A DNA stretch of 25,573 nucleotides from a virus (lineage: Duplodnaviria; Caudoviricetes): positions 1 to 25,573 of the IMG/VR virus record IMGVR_UViG_3300032224_000200, one strand, 5' to 3'. Below are positions 1 to 8,867 of this stretch, piece after piece. The translations under genes were made by a program, and so were the position numbers. How positions within the stretch are numbered: position 1 is the stretch's first letter; every line of letters starts with the position of its first letter. The notes beneath the pieces were generated by a model. That model had not been told where the DNA came from. It was given only the letters and a program-made list of their open reading frames with translations, and made no database searches.

Positions 1-228
1 ATTAAACCTAGGCCATAAGGGAGGCCGTGAGAATCGCTGGAATTACTTCCAATTATTAAGCTAGCAGGGCGGAAGGCTAGCTCCGACAACTTACGCTCGT
101 CCCTATTCGGTCTGTCATACGAGGATAGTTTCCCGAGGGTTGGGCTTTGTGTTCTCCCGCCTCAATTCGTTCCCGTAACTCCGGAGCAGGGATTGACAAG
201 TTTTTTTTTAGTATTACCGAAAGGGCGA

Positions 229-915
229 GTGAACATAGAGCCTTACAAGGTAAAGGGAAAGGGTGGGAGGCCTGCTAGGTGGTCGATTGCGAAGGCTAGG
301 CAAATATGTAATCAGATTAAGCGGGGGCTTCCGTTGCGGTATGCGTCCCCTCTCTGCGGTGTTCCATACAATACTAGCAAGGAATGGGCAGGGCTTCACC
401 CCGAGTTCGCTCCGATGATGGAAGAGGCTCATTCTTTTTTTGTAAGGTCGCAAGTGGATAACATAGAGCGTCACGCCAAGATTTCAGAGAAGCCTTCTCA
501 ATGGTTACTCGAGAGAAGGGCAAGGGAGGAGTTTGCACCAGCATACGTCCCTAATGGGCAGGGTTCGAGTATGCAAATTCTCGCCCTAGGCGATGACACT
601 ATTGGAAAGCTGATGGGGGCTTGGGGTTCTCTTTTGGGTGGTCAAATAGCTCCCCAACAAATTCCCGACACCACCACCCCTTCTTCTCTAGTTCCACTTA
701 ATTATATTGAAGGAGGGACACCACCACAAGAGGGAGAGAGTTCAGTTCCAGCCGTGGAGATTTCGGCGGAGGTTGTAAAGGATGTTAAGCCTCAGAGACT
801 TGGGAGGCCTAGGAAATATCCCAAGCCAAACCCGCCAACCCCCGACACGCCCCCGCCCACCACCCCCCCCTGCCCACCCACTCTAATTATATCCCCCTTC
901 CAAAAAAAATTCTAA
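229..915 (+). CDS. terS: Putative terminase small subunit with Pro-rich C-terminal tail
   Basis: Directly upstream of terL. N-terminal GRP followed by an HTH-like segment (LRYASPLCGVPYNTSKEW) and a WLLERR motif typical of this TerS type. In-frame GTG at 229 with AAGGG upstream is preferred over TTG at 193. Confidence 0.7.
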   Translation: MNIEPYKVKGKGGRPARWSIAKARQICNQIKRGLPLRYASPLCGVPYNTSKEWAGLHPEFAPMMEEAHSFFVRSQVDNIERHAKISEKPSQWLLERRAREEFAPAYVPNGQGSSMQILALGDDTIGKLMGAWGSLLGGQIAPQQIPDTTTPSSLVPLNYIEGGTPPQEGESSVPAVEISAEVVKDVKPQRLGRPRKYPKPNPPTPDTPPPTTPPCPPTLIISPFQKKF

Positions 916-934
916 AAACTCGACCCCCCTCTAA

Positions 935-2335
935 ATGCCCATAACCGATCCTTCCCAACTTCCGGCCAAGCTCACGCAGGAGCAACTGTTAGCAACCCCC
1001 CTAGGTTTTTCCAAACTACTCGACATCGACCTCCACCCTTGGCAATCGAAAGTCTTTCTCGATGTTGGCCTATGCAATCGGGTGGCTTTGAAAGCGGCCA
1101 ACGGCTCCGGAAAGACATCTTGTTTGGCGGCTCCTCTAGTTCTTTGGTGGTGTACGGTCTATCCCAAGTCCCAAGTCGTAACGACAGCCGGAGTCTATCG
1201 GCAGGTGAAGGAGCAACTTTGGCAAAGGCTGGCCGGATGGAGGGATAAGCTCAAAGGCTGGACCCTCAACGCTACTGACCTAACTGCCCCTAACGGATCT
1301 AAAGCTATCGGGTTCTCTACTGACGAGCCAAACCGATTCGAGGGTTGGCACAACGACAAGCTCCTTATGATCTTCGATGAGGCCAAAAGCATACCCACGG
1401 ACATTTGGAGGGCGGCGGAACGATGTCAGCCTACCGCTTGGCTTGCTATGAGCAGTACCGGAGGCATGGACGGGGAGTTCGCGCAATGCTTCCTAGGGAA
1501 ACGCAAGTATTGGAAGAACTACTCTGTATCGGCCTATGACTGCCCCCATATCAAGAAAGAGTGGATTGATATGCAGATTGAGCAACACGGACGGGACAAC
1601 CCTTTTATTAGAAGCATGATCTTCTCTGAGTTCATGGGGGAGGATGACGGGATCAGCCCCTTCACTTTCTCTAAGATTCATAACTGCCGATCTAATCCTC
1701 CTAAGAAGCAGGAGGGGGCTCCGGTGGCTTTTATTGATTGGGCAGGTGGCGGGGACGAAACGGTGATCGCTATAAGGCGCGGGAACGTGATTGAGCCCCT
1801 TATAGGGTGGAAGGACTCGGATACCATGAGAAGTGTAGGCAAAGCCATCGTAGAGCTAAAGAAGGCCAATCTAAAGCCTAACGATGTTTGGGCTGATGAC
1901 GGGGGCCTAGGTAAGCCTATGAATGACCGGATGCGGGAACAGGGGTGGGCTATTAAGAGGGTTAACTTTGGGGCTAGGGCCTACTCTGATAACTACGTCA
2001 ATAGAAGCAGTGAAATCTGGTGGGAGACAGCTAGGCAGATCGAAAGGGCTGAAATCATCCTTCCTACTGATGAGGTACTGGATGCCCAACTATGCTCCCG
2101 TAAGGCTAAAATAGCCTCCTCAGGGAAGTTGGGGTTGGAGTCCAAGGACGAGATGCGGAGGCGGGGGGTATGCTCGCCGGATCGCGGGGATGCCGTTTGT
2201 GGGGTTTGTTGCGTTAGAAGTGAAAATAATCTTGCGGTCTTTGATTCCGGCAATACGGGTTCAGATCAATGGAGCGATATGCAGGAATACTCGGACGGGG
2301 AACCTGCGTGTGCTGGATTTGATATTGGAGGATAA
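935..2335 (+). CDS. terL: Terminase large subunit
   Basis: LHPWQ adenine-binding motif, Walker A (AANGSGKT), Walker B (LMIFDEAK), coupling motif (MSST), and RNase H-like nuclease acidic motifs (FIDWAGGGDET, DDGG, SPDRGDA). Confidence 0.96.
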   Translation: MPITDPSQLPAKLTQEQLLATPLGFSKLLDIDLHPWQSKVFLDVGLCNRVALKAANGSGKTSCLAAPLVLWWCTVYPKSQVVTTAGVYRQVKEQLWQRLAGWRDKLKGWTLNATDLTAPNGSKAIGFSTDEPNRFEGWHNDKLLMIFDEAKSIPTDIWRAAERCQPTAWLAMSSTGGMDGEFAQCFLGKRKYWKNYSVSAYDCPHIKKEWIDMQIEQHGRDNPFIRSMIFSEFMGEDDGISPFTFSKIHNCRSNPPKKQEGAPVAFIDWAGGGDETVIAIRRGNVIEPLIGWKDSDTMRSVGKAIVELKKANLKPNDVWADDGGLGKPMNDRMREQGWAIKRVNFGARAYSDNYVNRSSEIWWETARQIERAEIILPTDEVLDAQLCSRKAKIASSGKLGLESKDEMRRRGVCSPDRGDAVCGVCCVRSENNLAVFDSGNTGSDQWSDMQEYSDGEPACAGFDIGG

Positions 2336-2340
2336 AATAA

Positions 2341-2511
2341 ATGCAAAACATTAAAACTACAACCACGGGTGTCCTTAGCATTGTTGTGGCAGTTGGTTCT
2401 GCGGCGTTGGCATTCCTAAAGACTGGAACCATACCCGATCTCGGAACCCTGATTGCCGCAATCACCGCAGGGATTGGTTTGATTCTCGCTAAAGACGCTC
2501 CTTCTTCATGA
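2341..2511 (+). CDS. Small two-TM membrane protein, putative holin (56 aa, not in ORF track)
   Basis: Translated by hand: MQNIKTTTTGVLSIVVAVGSAALAFLKTGTIPDLGTLIAAITAGIGLILAKDAPSS. Two hydrophobic helices; starts 5 nt after the terL stop. Confidence 0.6.
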   Translation: MQNIKTTTTGVLSIVVAVGSAALAFLKTGTIPDLGTLIAAITAGIGLILAKDAPSS

Positions 2512-2672
2512 AACAATTTTGGGACAAGAAAAATCCCAACAAGTCCTCTCGGCCCCTTTCGCCGAAGGCAAAGGCCTACGCCAAGCAGAAGGCTAAAGCC
2601 GCAGGCCGCCCATATCCTAATTTAGTGGATAACTCAGCGGCCAAGCAAAAGTTCAAGATGGGAGTCTATTGA
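2508..2672 (+). CDS. Small basic hypothetical protein (54 aa, not in ORF track)
   Basis: ATGA overlap with the previous stop. MKQFWDKKNPNKSSRPLSPKAKAYAKQKAKAAGRPYPNLVDNSAAKQKFKMGVY fills the gap exactly. Confidence 0.65.
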   Translation: MKQFWDKKNPNKSSRPLSPKAKAYAKQKAKAAGRPYPNLVDNSAAKQKFKMGVY

Positions 2673-2681
2673 GTTAGTGAA

Positions 2682-2867
2682 ATGGGATTCCTCTTCAGCA
2701 TTCTCAGTGGACTTATCAGCATTATTGATAAGTTGGTTCCGGATAGAAAAACTCGCGACTTTGGTAAAATTATTCAAGAAGCTGACAAAGATCGCGATGC
2801 TGTCAGTTATTGGATTCGCAATCGCGGGATGCGCGACAACTCAACCGAGAGTGGTGACAAGTCGTAA
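2682..2867 (+). CDS. Putative inner-membrane spanin-like (Rz-like) protein
   Basis: Hydrophobic N-terminus (MGFLFSILSGLISIIDKLVP) followed by a charged helical tail. Its 3' half is overlapped by a lipoprotein gene in another frame. Confidence 0.45.
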   Translation: MGFLFSILSGLISIIDKLVPDRKTRDFGKIIQEADKDRDAVSYWIRNRGMRDNSTESGDKS

Positions 2868-2994
2868 CGCTGAAAGACTCATGGAAAGACCAGATGCAAA
2901 TGAAGCTAGGAATGCCGCTCCCTATTGGTGTAAGGACGCACTCGACACAATTATTGATTTGGAGACACAAATTAAAATAGGAAACGCAAAATGA
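2761..2994 (+). CDS. Lipoprotein, putative outer-membrane spanin (Rz1-like)
   Basis: Basic n-region KLFKKLTK, hydrophobic h-region and lipobox IAG-C. Start is TTG 2761 or ATG 2797. Overlaps the preceding ORF; its stop overlaps the portal ATG. Confidence 0.55.
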   Translation: MVKLFKKLTKIAMLSVIGFAIAGCATTQPRVVTSRNAERLMERPDANEARNAAPYWCKDALDTIIDLETQIKIGNAK

Positions 2995-4862
2995 TGGAAC
3001 GTAACGATCTCTATAAAGCATTGCTCGACGATATAAGGGCTCGTACTGGTTGGGAGGAACGTCAGAGGATTTGGTATGAGATGCGTCATTCGGGACTCCG
3101 CCGGAAAAAGAAATTGCCTTGGCAGGCCGATCTTCACTATCCGTTGGCCGATTCAATCATTAACAAGCTCAAGCCTTTCTACTATCAGCAGGTTTTCTCA
3201 AATGAAGTTATCGCTTCGTTTGTTCCATCAACTCCTCAGACGGATGGAATTACTCAGGGTATCTCCCGTTGGTTTGATTACTGTATCAAGCAACAGAGCA
3301 ACTTTGAGAGTGAGATTCTGACTGCTATCGACCACACCCTCATGAGCGGGTTGAACCTATTAAAGATTTCTTGGGATGAGGATACAAAGTCGGTTCGGTT
3401 TGATTCGGTTGACCCCGTGTTCGCAATCGTTCCGCATTATACGAGAGACGTAAAGAATTGTGATCGTCTGTGTCATGTGATCCAGATGAGCCTGAATCAG
3501 TACAAGTCCAACAAGCTATACAATCAGGACGAGGAATTGATCCGCAAGATCAAGGGGCGTACAGGTGAGGGAACTCGCCTATCCACTCTTGAGAATATCA
3601 AGTTAAGGCGTGAAGGAATCACGGTTGGAGCAGAGGAAGATCAAGTTATCGTTTGGGAAGTTTATGAGAGGGATGAAGAGGGCAAGATTCTTGTCCACAC
3701 CTTCAGCCCTCTAGCTCCTGAAGATGACATCAGGCCTTCATTTGAACTGCCCTATAAGCATGGTCAGATGCCCTTTGTTCCTTTCGTCATGGAGATTAAG
3801 GACAAGGGCGTTTATTCGAGTCGTGGGCTTTGCGAGATCGTGGCTCCTTTCGAGAGCTATATGTGCAAGCTGATGAACGAAAAGGCTGACGCGATGACTC
3901 TCTATAATCGTCCCCTCTTCCGTTGCGAGCAGGACATTCCTAACTCCAATAATTTGAAGTTTGGTCCTGCGACGATCCTTCCGGTGGGTGTATCTCCGGT
4001 GACGATGCCGCAACCTCCTATCAGCTTTGACCAAGAGATGATTAACCAAAGGATGATTTCTGAGTACCTAACCTCTATGCCGGATTTCGGTATGGGGCAA
4101 CAACAGGGAATGAAGAATGCCCGTACCGCGACTGAGATTTCTCAGATTGGAGCCCTTATGGGTCAGTCCACGGATCTTCGTGCGAGAATCTTCCGGATCT
4201 CGCTAGGCTATGTCTATCGGCAGGCCTACTCGGTTCTTTGTCAGTTCGGCAAAAAATCTCTTAACTACTATTTCAATCAAGCCTTCGGGACTGTCCCTCC
4301 GGAAGCCTTGGAGGTTGAATATGCAATTCATCCTTCCGGTTCCGCAGATGGAATCAATAAAGCAGTCCAGTACCAGAAGGCCTTTAGTCGGATGCAACTC
4401 TTGTCGGGGAATCCCTATGTGGATCAACCTTCCTTGGTTCGCTCGGTTCTTGAGATCGACGATCCCGCCTTGGTTGGGAAACTTCTGACTGATCCTAACC
4501 TCCGTGGTCAGGACGAGAAAGAGGAGCAGGCTAAGGAGAATCTTATTATGGAGAGTGGCTATCCGGTTGCGGTTAAGCCTCAGGATGACCATAAGGCTCA
4601 TGTCGAAGTTCTTCTTGGCAGGATTCAGCTACTCAGTCAGCAGGGTGGGGGATCTCAGCAGTCTCAACAGTTGTATGGGCAACACCTCGAGGCGCACCTC
4701 CAAGGCCTAGGTCAGACCGATAAGAATGCCGAAAGGCAGATTCGTGGGATGCTCCGGAAACAGGCTCAAGCCATGCAGGGGCAGATGCAGGCTCAGGCTC
4801 AAGGCCAGATGCCTCATGGCTTAACATCAACCCAATCGGCTCCTCAAGCCGGAATGGTGTAA
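2991..4862 (+). CDS. Portal protein (P22/podovirus-like) with Gln-rich C-terminal extension
   Basis: 623 aa lying between terL and scaffold/capsid. Contains PYKHGQMPFVPF..YSSRGLCE and ARTATEI motifs typical of podoviral portals. Confidence 0.88.
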   Translation: MMERNDLYKALLDDIRARTGWEERQRIWYEMRHSGLRRKKKLPWQADLHYPLADSIINKLKPFYYQQVFSNEVIASFVPSTPQTDGITQGISRWFDYCIKQQSNFESEILTAIDHTLMSGLNLLKISWDEDTKSVRFDSVDPVFAIVPHYTRDVKNCDRLCHVIQMSLNQYKSNKLYNQDEELIRKIKGRTGEGTRLSTLENIKLRREGITVGAEEDQVIVWEVYERDEEGKILVHTFSPLAPEDDIRPSFELPYKHGQMPFVPFVMEIKDKGVYSSRGLCEIVAPFESYMCKLMNEKADAMTLYNRPLFRCEQDIPNSNNLKFGPATILPVGVSPVTMPQPPISFDQEMINQRMISEYLTSMPDFGMGQQQGMKNARTATEISQIGALMGQSTDLRARIFRISLGYVYRQAYSVLCQFGKKSLNYYFNQAFGTVPPEALEVEYAIHPSGSADGINKAVQYQKAFSRMQLLSGNPYVDQPSLVRSVLEIDDPALVGKLLTDPNLRGQDEKEEQAKENLIMESGYPVAVKPQDDHKAHVEVLLGRIQLLSQQGGGSQQSQQLYGQHLEAHLQGLGQTDKNAERQIRGMLRKQAQAMQGQMQAQAQGQMPHGLTSTQSAPQAGMV

Positions 4863-4878
4863 CAAGCCTAAATAATAT

Positions 4879-5208
4879 ATGTTGCACAAACTAAAAACTG
4901 TCTTACGCCTCTGGAAAGAACTTGGAGAGGTATCGGTCAACTGGAAACAGGAGGACTCTACCGCAACTAAGTTGTTCTTTGAATCTGCCTCCGGCAAGCG
5001 GTTCATCACCTGTCTGCGAAATGCGGCAACTCGTAAGGACATCAGCGCAGTTTTCAAAGGCGGCGGATTGTTTGAATCCGGAAAAGCAGTGGGTTTCCGA
5101 GAATCATTAGTCTTTATCGAATGGCTAGCTTCATCGGAAATTGAAGATTTTAACGAGGACTCGGAGCCTGAGGCTGTCTCTGATCTCCTCGAAAAACTAC
5201 GGCCTTAA
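4879..5208 (+). CDS. Hypothetical protein between portal and scaffold
   Basis: 109-aa ORF tightly packed in the operon; no function recognised. Confidence 0.6.
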   Translation: MLHKLKTVLRLWKELGEVSVNWKQEDSTATKLFFESASGKRFITCLRNAATRKDISAVFKGGGLFESGKAVGFRESLVFIEWLASSEIEDFNEDSEPEAVSDLLEKLRP

Positions 5209-5236
5209 ACTAAACGGGAAGGATACCTGACAAACC

Positions 5237-6250
5237 ATGATAGAGGAGAGCAACAACATCGGAGTCGAGCAGGTTGTGGAACCAGCAGACTCCTCCAAGG
5301 TAGAATCGGTAACTGAGGAAATGATTCGCGAGCTTGCTTCGCAAGCTGACGGAGTTCCTTACAAGCCGAAAGCGGAATCGCCTGCACTCGCAACGCAGGA
5401 CCAAGGGGCCTCAGAAAAACCAAAAACAAACGAGGAAGCTAAAGATTCGTTAGAATCGGCTGACTCAAAAGAAACAAAAGAAGATTCAAAGGTTGTATCG
5501 GATGATGCAACCAAGTCTCTCAACGCCTCCGAACCCTCAAGCGAAAAGCCCGAGGTTAAGGACGTTAAACGGGTAAAGGAGGAGGCTCGATTGGCTGAAA
5601 GCTGGAAAAAGCTGGAAGCTGAAAAAGCCCAAGTTCGAGCTATTCAAGCAGAGTTCCAAAGAAAGATTGAAGAAGCTGAGAAAGCCTCCGATCCGACAAG
5701 TCCGGCCAAGCCGGAGGAACTTCGCAAGTTTGCCCGTGAGTGGGAGGAAGAGGGTAAGGATGATCTTGCGAAAGCCGCTCGAGTTCAAGCTGACAAGCTG
5801 GAACAGAAGATCCGCATGGATGCGGAACGTGGCGAGCGCAAGGTTAAGGATTTCAACGAGACATGGAGTTCAAGCGTGAACCGCATGATCGCTGAAAATC
5901 CTGAACTAAAGGACGAGTCATCGGACCTTGGAAAGAGAGTTATCTCTATTCTCAAGAGCGAAGATGAGTCGTTGCGAAACCTTATCAATTCAACGCCTAA
6001 CGGATTCGTCTATGCCACTCAGATTGCAAAGATGCAAAAAGCGGCGGAGGAGTCGGAAGCGTTGAGGACTGAAATTGAATCTTTAAGAAAAGAAAACGGG
6101 GACCTTCGGAAAAAGACCTCGCTATCTGCAAGCGGAAGCCAAAAGCCTGCCAAACGGAAATCCTTCGATGAGATGGATTCACGTCAACAGGAAGCCTTTC
6201 TACGCAGTATGGCAGTGGATTCTGATTCTGGTGTCCTCGTAGGAGATTAA
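5237..6250 (+). CDS. Putative capsid scaffolding protein
   Basis: Very E/K-rich, disordered then coiled-coil, with a short C-terminal helix (FDEMDSRQQEAFL); immediately upstream of the major capsid gene. Confidence 0.75.
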   Translation: MIEESNNIGVEQVVEPADSSKVESVTEEMIRELASQADGVPYKPKAESPALATQDQGASEKPKTNEEAKDSLESADSKETKEDSKVVSDDATKSLNASEPSSEKPEVKDVKRVKEEARLAESWKKLEAEKAQVRAIQAEFQRKIEEAEKASDPTSPAKPEELRKFAREWEEEGKDDLAKAARVQADKLEQKIRMDAERGERKVKDFNETWSSSVNRMIAENPELKDESSDLGKRVISILKSEDESLRNLINSTPNGFVYATQIAKMQKAAEESEALRTEIESLRKENGDLRKKTSLSASGSQKPAKRKSFDEMDSRQQEAFLRSMAVDSDSGVLVGD

Positions 6251-6255
6251 AAATC

Positions 6256-7254
6256 ATGGCTACTATGACTCGCTCCAACCCTGCTACACTCGGAAGCTAT
6301 TTTCAGGCTTACTTGTCGAAGCAGTTGGTTGATAGAATTAAAGAAACACTCAAACTAAACGACTATGCCCAACAGGTTGACCTGCCCAAGAACATCGGAT
6401 CTCAATCCGTTAAGTTCTTCCAGTACGATACCGTTCCGGCTTCGTCCAACGTCCAGACTCTCACTGAAGGCACTCCGATTAGTACCTTCCGTGAAGTTGG
6501 CTTGAACAGCGTTGCTGTCTCGCTCACCCAATACGGTGAAGCGGTTAAGATCAGCGATGTTTTGTCGATGACTAGCCTCTTTGACGTTCTCAAAGAAGCG
6601 GTTGGCGCAATGGGTGAGGAAGCGGCTCTCAAGGCTGATGACCTCTCTCGCGATCAGTTGGTGACTGGAACTGACGTTGGTGGCAACTCCACTACGGTTC
6701 GTTTTGGGCAAGGAATTGCGTCCTTCGCAACCCTCAATTCCACTTCGGCGGCTTCTGCGTTCTTGGATGCAGAGGACCTGATGGATGCGGTTACTGCGCT
6801 GAAAGCCAACAAAGCTAACCCTTTGAACGGCCAATATACTGCGCTTGTTCCGCCTCAGATCAGTCGGGATTTGTTTAGGGACACTGACTTCCTGAACACG
6901 GTCTATCGGAATGTTGAAAACAAGGTTGGTTCGCTCCCCGCTGGAACCCTCGGTTCCTTCTACGGTGTGCGTATTGCCGAACATACCAACCCCTTCATCG
7001 AAGGCACGACCTCCGGAACGTATAACTCTGCTGGATCTATTTACAGCACTGTTGTACTCGGCGCGAATGCGTTTGGTGTGGTGAAAATTGCTGGGGATTC
7101 CCCCTTCAGCCCTCGCATCATCCTGAACAATCAGGCTGACAAAGCGGACCCGCTGAATCAGACAACCGTGGCCGGATGGAAATGCTTCTACGCCGCGAAG
7201 TTGCTGAATGCTAAACGTGCCGTGGTGATTAAAGCCAAGTCACGCTTCGCCTAA
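6256..7254 (+). CDS. Major capsid protein, N4-gp56 family
   Basis: LPKNIG..VKF, LTEGTP, LTQYG, G.LGSFYGVRI and the C-terminal DKADPLNQ..GWK signature. Confidence 0.92.
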   Translation: MATMTRSNPATLGSYFQAYLSKQLVDRIKETLKLNDYAQQVDLPKNIGSQSVKFFQYDTVPASSNVQTLTEGTPISTFREVGLNSVAVSLTQYGEAVKISDVLSMTSLFDVLKEAVGAMGEEAALKADDLSRDQLVTGTDVGGNSTTVRFGQGIASFATLNSTSAASAFLDAEDLMDAVTALKANKANPLNGQYTALVPPQISRDLFRDTDFLNTVYRNVENKVGSLPAGTLGSFYGVRIAEHTNPFIEGTTSGTYNSAGSIYSTVVLGANAFGVVKIAGDSPFSPRIILNNQADKADPLNQTTVAGWKCFYAAKLLNAKRAVVIKAKSRFA

Positions 7255-7258
7255 GTAA

Positions 7259-7591
7259 ATGAATAAAGGACTACTAATTATAGCTAGTCCCGAGGCAAAG
7301 GGGAGCCGTCCAGAAATGGGCGGCTCCTCCAAGCCCGAATCTGAAGGCTCCGATTATTCTTCGGAGAAAGAAGGTTTGGGTATGTCCTTGGACGTACCTA
7401 CCGAAAAGCTCCCCGATGGAACCCAAGAGGGTGATTATGTCGCTCTCAAAGGCAAAGTCTCGAAGCTCGACGATAAGGGCGCAACCATTGAAATCTTTGA
7501 GGCCAACCTAACTCCTGATGAGGGAGAAGAGGAAAAGAGCGAGGAAGATATTCGCTCAATGGCTGAAGAAGCAGACGCAGGCAACGCCTGA
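7259..7591 (+). CDS. Acidic hypothetical protein downstream of capsid
   Basis: 110-aa E/D-rich ORF with a small beta core (EGDYVALKGKV). Alternative ATG at 7316. Confidence 0.6.
   Translation: MNKGLLIIASPEAKGSRPEMGGSSKPESEGSDYSSEKEGLGMSLDVPTEKLPDGTQEGDYVALKGKVSKLDDKGATIEIFEANLTPDEGEEEKSEEDIRSMAEEADAGNA
7300..7329 (+). other. 13-bp RNA hairpin with GAAA tetraloop after the capsid gene
   Basis: GGGGAGCCGTCCA-GAAA-TGGGCGGCTCCTC with two G-U pairs. No U-tract follows, so it is not a classical intrinsic terminator. Confidence 0.6.
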
Positions 7592-7597
7592 TTTGAT

Positions 7598-7846
7598 ATG
7601 CCCATCTACTTGTATGAAAACAAAGATGGGCAAATCGTTCAGGAGATTGTCTCTGTCGAAGATAGGGATAAACGGAAGGGGCTCAAACGAGTCCCTTCCG
7701 CCCCCTATATCCATCGTAGCGTTCCCGATCCTAGTTCTTCGTCAGAGGGCGCACGAAGGTTTTATCGAGAGTTTGAAGAAAAGGGAAAACTCAAGAACCG
7801 GAAGTATTCCAAAAGCCGGATTAAAAAGATTTGGGATTGGAGTTAA
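7598..7846 (+). CDS. FmdB-like small protein lacking cysteines
   Basis: Begins MPIYLYE, similar to the MPxYEY start of FmdB-type zinc ribbons. Basic C-terminus; no Cys. Confidence 0.5.
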   Translation: MPIYLYENKDGQIVQEIVSVEDRDKRKGLKRVPSAPYIHRSVPDPSSSSEGARRFYREFEEKGKLKNRKYSKSRIKKIWDWS

Positions 7847-7852
7847 ACAAAT

Positions 7853-8113
7853 ATGAGTTCAATTAAAGAATTATGTAAAGATACGAGGCAAGGCGGAACA
7901 AACGGAGCCACTTACGAGAATAGCACTACTGCCATCACGGGAAACTTCGGAGCCATAACTGCTCTTGAAAATAGCGTATTCGCTTTGCTCACGGCATCGA
8001 ATTGGGATGGGGATGCAACAACCTCACTTCCATTGCCTGCCGGAGCAACCATCTACGGGAAGTTCACTGCATTTACTCTTACGAGTGGAAAAGTAGTCGC
8101 ATACAAGGCCTAA
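7853..8113 (+). CDS. Small beta-rich virion protein (decoration-like)
   Basis: 86 aa, T/G/A-rich, ending IYGKFTAFTLTSGKVVAYKA; located in the structural operon. Confidence 0.5.
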   Translation: MSSIKELCKDTRQGGTNGATYENSTTAITGNFGAITALENSVFALLTASNWDGDATTSLPLPAGATIYGKFTAFTLTSGKVVAYKA

Positions 8114-8117
8114 TCAA

Positions 8118-8858
8118 ATGCCTAGCGTAAAAGAACTCTACAAGAAGTTATCGGACGTAAAGATTGACGCAAATAGCGTCAATCTTAATACAGACGGACT
8201 TGAATCGCTTCTTGCGACAACGCAGGCCGACATTGCTCTTATCAAGGCTGATTTGGCTGACGGGGCTTATGTGAACGCCGTAGAAACAGTTAATCAAATA
8301 AAAGATGGAGATGGAAGCGTATTTGGACTAGATCGTAGTTTTCCTATTGACGGAAATGTGAACATTCAATCCTCTATCCCCGCAGGCACAAATCTCATAG
8401 GATCGGTTACGGTAACGGCTATTGGAGCCACGACTGATACAGTTGCCATAAACGATACCGGAACATTCTCAATCATTGCATTGATCAAACGTGGGCTTCA
8501 GAACTGGACGAGTCTCCTTGCAAAAATTCCCGCTCTTGTATCTGGTAGGATTCCAGTTGACGGATCTGGTGTAACTCAGCCTGTAAGTATTGCACTAAGC
8601 ACAACTCCTGCCGTCACAACTTTCACCTCAATCACTTCAGCCACCCTCATAGCGTCCAATGCAAGTCGGAAGATGCTGACGATTCAGAATACAGGAGCAG
8701 GTATCCTTTATGTACTTTTTGGTACTGGCACAGCAAGTTCAACTAATTTTAGTTTGCAGATGAATAGCGGTGACTTCTACGAAAACAATTATTACAACGG
8801 TCAAATGAATGCGATCTTTGCCACCGCTGGGACGGCATACGTCACAAGTCTTACATAG
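8118..8858 (+). CDS. Putative virion fibre/decoration protein
   Basis: IPAGTNLIGSV and IPVDGSGVTQPVS fibre-like motifs, with a C-terminal beta domain (ASNASRKMLTIQNTG..LYV.FG). Confidence 0.55.
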   Translation: MPSVKELYKKLSDVKIDANSVNLNTDGLESLLATTQADIALIKADLADGAYVNAVETVNQIKDGDGSVFGLDRSFPIDGNVNIQSSIPAGTNLIGSVTVTAIGATTDTVAINDTGTFSIIALIKRGLQNWTSLLAKIPALVSGRIPVDGSGVTQPVSIALSTTPAVTTFTSITSATLIASNASRKMLTIQNTGAGILYVLFGTGTASSTNFSLQMNSGDFYENNYYNGQMNAIFATAGTAYVTSLT

Positions 8859-8867
8859 GAGTAGGCG

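Noticed and set aside
193-217. Perfect TTGACA as a sigma70 promoter
   Set aside because: The best -10 candidates (TAGTAT, TATTAC) are only 10-13 bp away; nothing suitable lies at 16-18 bp.
6355-6984. 209-aa antisense ORF within the capsid gene
   Set aside because: Fully nested opposite a well-supported gene, with no recognisable motifs.
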